From Candidatus Thorarchaeota archaeon (GTDB lineage: Archaea; Asgardarchaeota; Thorarchaeia; Thorarchaeales; Thorarchaeaceae): a stretch of DNA of 20,000 bases. The position numbers were made by a program, and so were the translations under genes. The DNA lies in assembly GCA_021498125.1 (NCBI GenBank), contig JAIZWL010000002.1, forward strand, positions 137,980-157,979. Reading direction: 5' to 3'. This document shows, piece by piece, positions 16,134 through 20,000 of this stretch (positions are counted from its first letter, which is position 1; each line of letters begins with the position of its first letter). The notes under the pieces were generated by a model that searched no databases, was not told the origin of the DNA, and saw nothing but the letters and a program-made list of their open reading frames with translations.

Positions 16134-17429
16134 ATTAAAATCGGAACTGACTTCGATCAGAGTACTGCAAAATATGTCATCAGAGCTCGGATCGAGATTG
16201 ATGGTGTTGTAGACAAGCCAGACGTTGTGGGAGCAATCTTTGGTCAGACAGAGGGCCTCCTTGGCGAAGACCTTGACCTTCGTGAACTCCAAAGAACAGG
16301 ACGAATTGGTAGAATTCAGATCGGCATTAAATCAGAGGGCGGTATCAGTAAAGGGGAAATTGTCATTCCTGTCTCATTGAACAAGACTGCAACGGCAATC
16401 CTTGCGGCTGCCCTTGAAACAGTTGATCGAGTTGGACCCTGCACAGCCAAGGTCACACTTGAAAAGCTTGAGGATATTCGCGGTGCCAAACGACGAAGAG
16501 TCGTAAGCAGGGCAATCAGCATTCTCAAAGGGTGGGAAGAGGACATTGCACCAGGTACTGAAGAGATCACTCAGGCGGTGACAAAGGCGGGCCGAAAGAC
16601 TGTTGGTAAATACGGTCCCGACAAACTTCCGACTGGCCCGGAGCTGATGGACAGTGATGAGATCATCATTGTCGAAGGACGTGCAGACATCATCAATCTC
16701 ATGAAGAATGGTATTAACAATACCATTGCAGTCGAAGGAACTCACATACCCAAGACCATCATCAGTCTGACCAAGAAAAAGGACAAGACGATTATAGCAT
16801 TCTTGGATGGTGACAGGGGTGGCGACCTCATTCTCAGAGAGCTTATGCAGGTGGCCAGAGTAGATTACATTGCAAGAGCACCTGAAGGCAAAGAGGTAGA
16901 AGATCTCACACGCAGAGAGATAGCAAAAGCGCTTCAAGCAAAAATCCCGGCCGATCAGGCCCTTGCTCTTGTAAGTGAAAAACGAACACCCACACCCCAC
17001 AAAAAGAGACCCACCAAGCGGACGACTCATCCTAAACGAGAGGATGTTTCAACACCCTCAACAACAACAGGAACAACAATACCTTCACGACCATCAAGAA
17101 GTCGTCCCACTACCAAACCATACTTTGAGATTGATGAAACATTTGTTTCGAAAATCGGGGAGATCCGGGAGTCGTTCAAGGCCATTCTCTTTGACGAGAA
17201 CAAAGAGGTCATCGCAGAGTGCGGTGTGGCAGAACTGGCCAAGCATGTGGAAACTCTTGACTCCATTAAGACTATCGTGTTCGATGGTGTAGTGACGCAA
17301 CGACTCGTCAATCTATCAGCAAAGAAAGGCGTCACCCTCCTAATTGGGGCCGCTGTTGCAGATATAGAGAGCAGGCCACCTAGTATCAGATACCTTACAT
17401 TCGATGATGTCGAACGTCGCAGGACATAA
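16134..17429 (+). CDS. dnaG: Archaeal DnaG-type primase (Toprim domain), possible ATT start at 16134 (track ORF starts at GTG 16227)
   Basis: In-frame translation upstream of 16227 is clearly homologous (IKIGTDFDQSTAKYVIRARIEIDGVVDKPDV-VGAIFGQTEGLLGEDLDLRELQRTGRIGRI). Toprim motifs IIIVEGRADIINLMKNGINN and IIAFLDGDRGGDLILREL. Confidence 0.93.
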   Translation: MKIGTDFDQSTAKYVIRARIEIDGVVDKPDVVGAIFGQTEGLLGEDLDLRELQRTGRIGRIQIGIKSEGGISKGEIVIPVSLNKTATAILAAALETVDRVGPCTAKVTLEKLEDIRGAKRRRVVSRAISILKGWEEDIAPGTEEITQAVTKAGRKTVGKYGPDKLPTGPELMDSDEIIIVEGRADIINLMKNGINNTIAVEGTHIPKTIISLTKKKDKTIIAFLDGDRGGDLILRELMQVARVDYIARAPEGKEVEDLTRREIAKALQAKIPADQALALVSEKRTPTPHKKRPTKRTTHPKREDVSTPSTTTGTTIPSRPSRSRPTTKPYFEIDETFVSKIGEIRESFKAILFDENKEVIAECGVAELAKHVETLDSIKTIVFDGVVTQRLVNLSAKKGVTLLIGAAVADIESRPPSIRYLTFDDVERRRT

Positions 17430-17446
17430 TAATTATCAAAAGAGCA

Positions 17447-17482
17447 GCTCTTCTTTACGAAGAGCAGCTTCCTCTTTTTTTT
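17447..17482 (+). terminator. Hairpin plus T8 terminator-like element after dnaG
   Basis: 7-bp stem GCTCTTC (17447-17453)/GAAGAGC (17459-17465) with loop TTTAC, then AGCTTCCTC and TTTTTTTT (17475-17482). Also a direct repeat AAGAGCAGCT at 17440-17449 and 17460-17469. Confidence 0.55.
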
Positions 17483-17561
17483 ACAGATACTATGGTATTA
17501 CACACTATTATGATACTGAAGAGAAGAGAAATGTATGTAGCAGAGATAAGAGGCCATTCAT

Positions 17562-18986
17562 GTGTCAGATCTCCTAGCAGACATTACTACAACAGAGGAG
17601 GTACAGGTCCCAACGGACCCATTTCAGCAGATCATAGGACAAGATCACGCGGTAATGCTAGTAAAATCAGCAGTGATTCAGAGAAGGCATGTGCTGCTCT
17701 GTGGGGTTCCGGGAATTGGAAAGTCACTGCTGGCAAAAGCAGCTTCGACACTTCTTCCTCCACCAAGGGAAGAAATTCGAATACAGCCCAATCCGAGTGC
17801 GCCCAATCGACCAATTGCAGTCATTCATACATCAAATATTGAGACCAAAACAGAAGAACCAATCCTTAAGGACATGTTCTATGTTCGCCCGGAAGAACTT
17901 CCATTTGATGTCGCAGTTGAGATGGGATATAGATGCCCACAATGCGGAAGCATCTCATCACCGGATCAAGGATCGTGTCTTGACTGTGGGGCAGCAAAGA
18001 GATGCGAGTGGACAGGAGATAACTCGTATCATGGTCTCTTTAGGGTACTAGATGTGATCCATGAGAGAGCGGAACTTGTTGTCACAAGACATGAGGAACA
18101 ACCAGATGGGACCATCAATCTTGTCACATATCAGAGAGATAAATTTGATACTATCAGAGTCAGTGTTGAAAATGCAGTACAATCTATGAGAACACCCGAA
18201 TATGCAGACGAGTACCCGATTGTGCCGTTAAATACCTCAAGATTCATACGAGTGAGCGGAGCAAGTGCAGTAGAACTTCTTGGTGATGTGAAGCATGACC
18301 CTTACGGTAGTGCTGAATCTCTTGGAGTACCACCGCATCGGCGAATTATTCCTGGAGCGATACATGAAGCGCATGAGGGAATTCTCTACATTGATGAGCT
18401 TGCAACGCTTGGCCCGCTTCAGAAACATCTTCTCACGGCAATGCAAGACAAAAGATACTCGATTATTGGACATAACCCACATAGCTCAGGAGCTTCTGTG
18501 CGTGTAGATAATGTCCCTTGTGACTTCATTCTCTTTGCATCAACCAATCTGGAGGACTTGCCAGGAATTATTCCTCCACTTAGATCGAGAATTAGGGGAT
18601 ATGGATACGAGATCGTTTTGAATGCATGGATGAAAAAGACGCCAGACGCGGTTGATAATATCGTACAGTTCGTCGCACAGACCGTCCATGAGGATGGCAA
18701 GATCGCCCATTTTACGGTAGAGGCTGTGAAGGAGATTGTCAATGTCGCTGAACAAATGGCACAGGAATTAGATGGGCAATCCAATGCTCTCACATTAAGA
18801 CTTCGTGAGCTTGGAGGAGTCATACGGATTGCAGGAGACCTTGCGGTTCAGGACAGCACAGTCTTTGTTGATACTGAACATGTCAAACGCGCCAGAAAGA
18901 TCACACATCAGACACAGATAGGAGATATCGTGAGAGGCACAATACGCTCAACAAACGAACAGGATTACGGAAGCTATTTCTTTTAA
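17562..18986 (+). CDS. LonB-like AAA+ ATPase lacking the S16 peptidase domain, with a C4 zinc-ribbon-like insert
   Basis: IIGQDHAVMLVKSAVIQRRHVLLCGVPGIGKSLLAKAAS (Walker A), LLGDVKHDPYG...PGAIHEAHEGILYIDELATLGPLQKHLLTAMQDKRYSI (Walker B), VPCDFILFASTNLEDLPGIIPPLRSRIRGYGYE, LTLRLRELGGVIRIAGDLA. Cys motif CPQC...C..C at 17934-17987. The ORF ends right after the AAA+ lid. Confidence 0.88.
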   Translation: MSDLLADITTTEEVQVPTDPFQQIIGQDHAVMLVKSAVIQRRHVLLCGVPGIGKSLLAKAASTLLPPPREEIRIQPNPSAPNRPIAVIHTSNIETKTEEPILKDMFYVRPEELPFDVAVEMGYRCPQCGSISSPDQGSCLDCGAAKRCEWTGDNSYHGLFRVLDVIHERAELVVTRHEEQPDGTINLVTYQRDKFDTIRVSVENAVQSMRTPEYADEYPIVPLNTSRFIRVSGASAVELLGDVKHDPYGSAESLGVPPHRRIIPGAIHEAHEGILYIDELATLGPLQKHLLTAMQDKRYSIIGHNPHSSGASVRVDNVPCDFILFASTNLEDLPGIIPPLRSRIRGYGYEIVLNAWMKKTPDAVDNIVQFVAQTVHEDGKIAHFTVEAVKEIVNVAEQMAQELDGQSNALTLRLRELGGVIRIAGDLAVQDSTVFVDTEHVKRARKITHQTQIGDIVRGTIRSTNEQDYGSYFF

Positions 18987-19001
18987 CGCTACGAGAACCA
19001 T

Positions 19002-20000
19002 ATGGGTAGTATCTTGAAGATCCTGAAGCGTAACCTCAAGGAAGGCAAAATCACCATAAAAATCGAAACATTAGATGACCTTTGGCACCTCTATAACACG
19101 GTAGGATCTGGGGACAAAGTAATTGCAAGAACAACCAGGCGGATACGAGTAGGAAGCGAGGATGATCGCAAACAGGAGAGCGTTAGAAAACCAATGACGC
19201 TCGTCATTCAAGTTGAGAACGTCTCATTCCATAGTTTTTCCAATAGAGTAAGAATCAAAGGTAAGATTTTGGATGGCCCGACCGATTTGATCAGTATCGG
19301 TACATATCACACAATAAACATAGAGATGGGCAACACGCTCACGATTATCAAAGACCATTGGCCCAGATACGTTCTTGATCGACTCAAGGATGCAGAAAAA
19401 TCCGGAGCGAGCCCGATCGCATTACTTGTCACTATTGAGGATGGCACTGCTGAAATACTACTGGCGGCGGATTTTGGAATCCGAGAGGTCGTTCGTATTC
19501 GGACAAGTATCTCAAGAAAACGTGGTGACCAGAAGAGCTATGATGCAACCATGCGGGAGTTTTTCCAAGAGGTTGTAGTTGGTGTGCGTACTGCATTGGA
19601 ACAGAATAATATCGGGCTGATCGTGATCTGCGGACCTGGTTTCGTCAAGGATCATTTTCGTGATTTTCTCATGTCAATGAGAATCAAGGGACTCCCACCT
19701 GTCACCGTGGAGTCAACCAATACTACAGGAATTCCTGCTGCAAAAGAGATTCTCTACAAGGGAGTAATCTCTCGCACTCTATCTGACCTGAAGATTGAAA
19801 CAGAGACTCAGTTGGTCGAAGAGGTTTTGACCCATATTGCAAAAGATGACGGACTTGCAACATATGGTGATGCCGAAGTCGCAAAGGCTGCACAATTTGG
19901 TGCAATAGAACACCTACTTATCACCGATAAGAAACTGCGTGGATCTGAAGATGACCGACGAAGGTGGCTTGACAGAGTCATCAAGGATACTGAAAAGGCG
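19002..20000 (+). CDS. pelA: Pelota/Dom34 mRNA surveillance protein (N-terminal and central part; continues past window end)
   Basis: Open frame from the ATG at 19002 to the window end: MGSILKILKRNLKEGKITIKIETLDDLWHLYNTVGSGDKVIARTTRRIRVGSEDDRKQESVRKPMTLVIQVENVSFHSFSNRVRIKGKILDGPTDLISIGTYHTINIEMGNTLTIIKDHWPRYVLDRL.... Missing from the ORF track because it has no stop in the window. Confidence 0.96.
   Translation, partial: MGSILKILKRNLKEGKITIKIETLDDLWHLYNTVGSGDKVIARTTRRIRVGSEDDRKQESVRKPMTLVIQVENVSFHSFSNRVRIKGKILDGPTDLISIGTYHTINIEMGNTLTIIKDHWPRYVLDRLKDAEKSGASPIALLVTIEDGTAEILLAADFGIREVVRIRTSISRKRGDQKSYDATMREFFQEVVVGVRTALEQNNIGLIVICGPGFVKDHFRDFLMSMRIKGLPPVTVESTNTTGIPAAKEILYKGVISRTLSDLKIETETQLVEEVLTHIAKDDGLATYGDAEVAKAAQFGAIEHLLITDKKLRGSEDDRRRWLDRVIKDTEKA

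Noticed and set aside
16374-17335. Minus-strand ORFs 16374..17030 and 17027..17335
   Set aside because: Antisense to the DnaG coding region. Composition is consistent with shadow ORFs.
1-20000. CRISPR arrays, transposases, toxin-antitoxin or defence modules
   Set aside because: No regularly spaced repeats, no transposase or integrase motifs and no recognisable defence genes were seen on either strand.

Overview
This 20 kb window is archaeal chromosomal DNA. It is dense with core informational genes and has no sign of a mobile element, CRISPR array or defence island. In order it carries: the 5' end of a uL3 ribosomal protein gene (-), a SPOUT/DUF171-like RNA methyltransferase (-), archease (-), an intron-containing tRNA-Ser(TGA) (+), Elp3 (-), a short S30e ribosomal protein gene missed by the ORF track (+), PyrK and PyrD (-), Nop5/Nop56, fibrillarin, a DUF61-like protein and an archaeal HTH regulator (+), RNase HII (-), an intron-containing tRNA-Trp(CCA) (+), a signal-peptide/TM-anchored protein of unknown function (+), an isolated 5S rRNA gene (+), a DUF1512-like protein and a 2-TM zinc-ribbon protein (+), two tandem type II methionine aminopeptidase paralogs (-), a UPF0173-type metallo-beta-lactamase-fold hydrolase (+), a roughly 700 bp region with no convincing gene, archaeal DnaG (+, apparently starting at a non-canonical codon), a LonB-like AAA+ ATPase with no peptidase domain (+), and the start of pelota (+, cut by the window edge). 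The S30e gene favours a TACK/Asgard lineage over Euryarchaeota. The items most worth a second look are the protease-less, zinc-ribbon-bearing LonB-like ATPase next to pelota, the missing canonical start codon of dnaG, the tandem MetAP pair, and the RNA and small genes absent from the ORF track. I did not find strong evidence for a novel multi-gene system.
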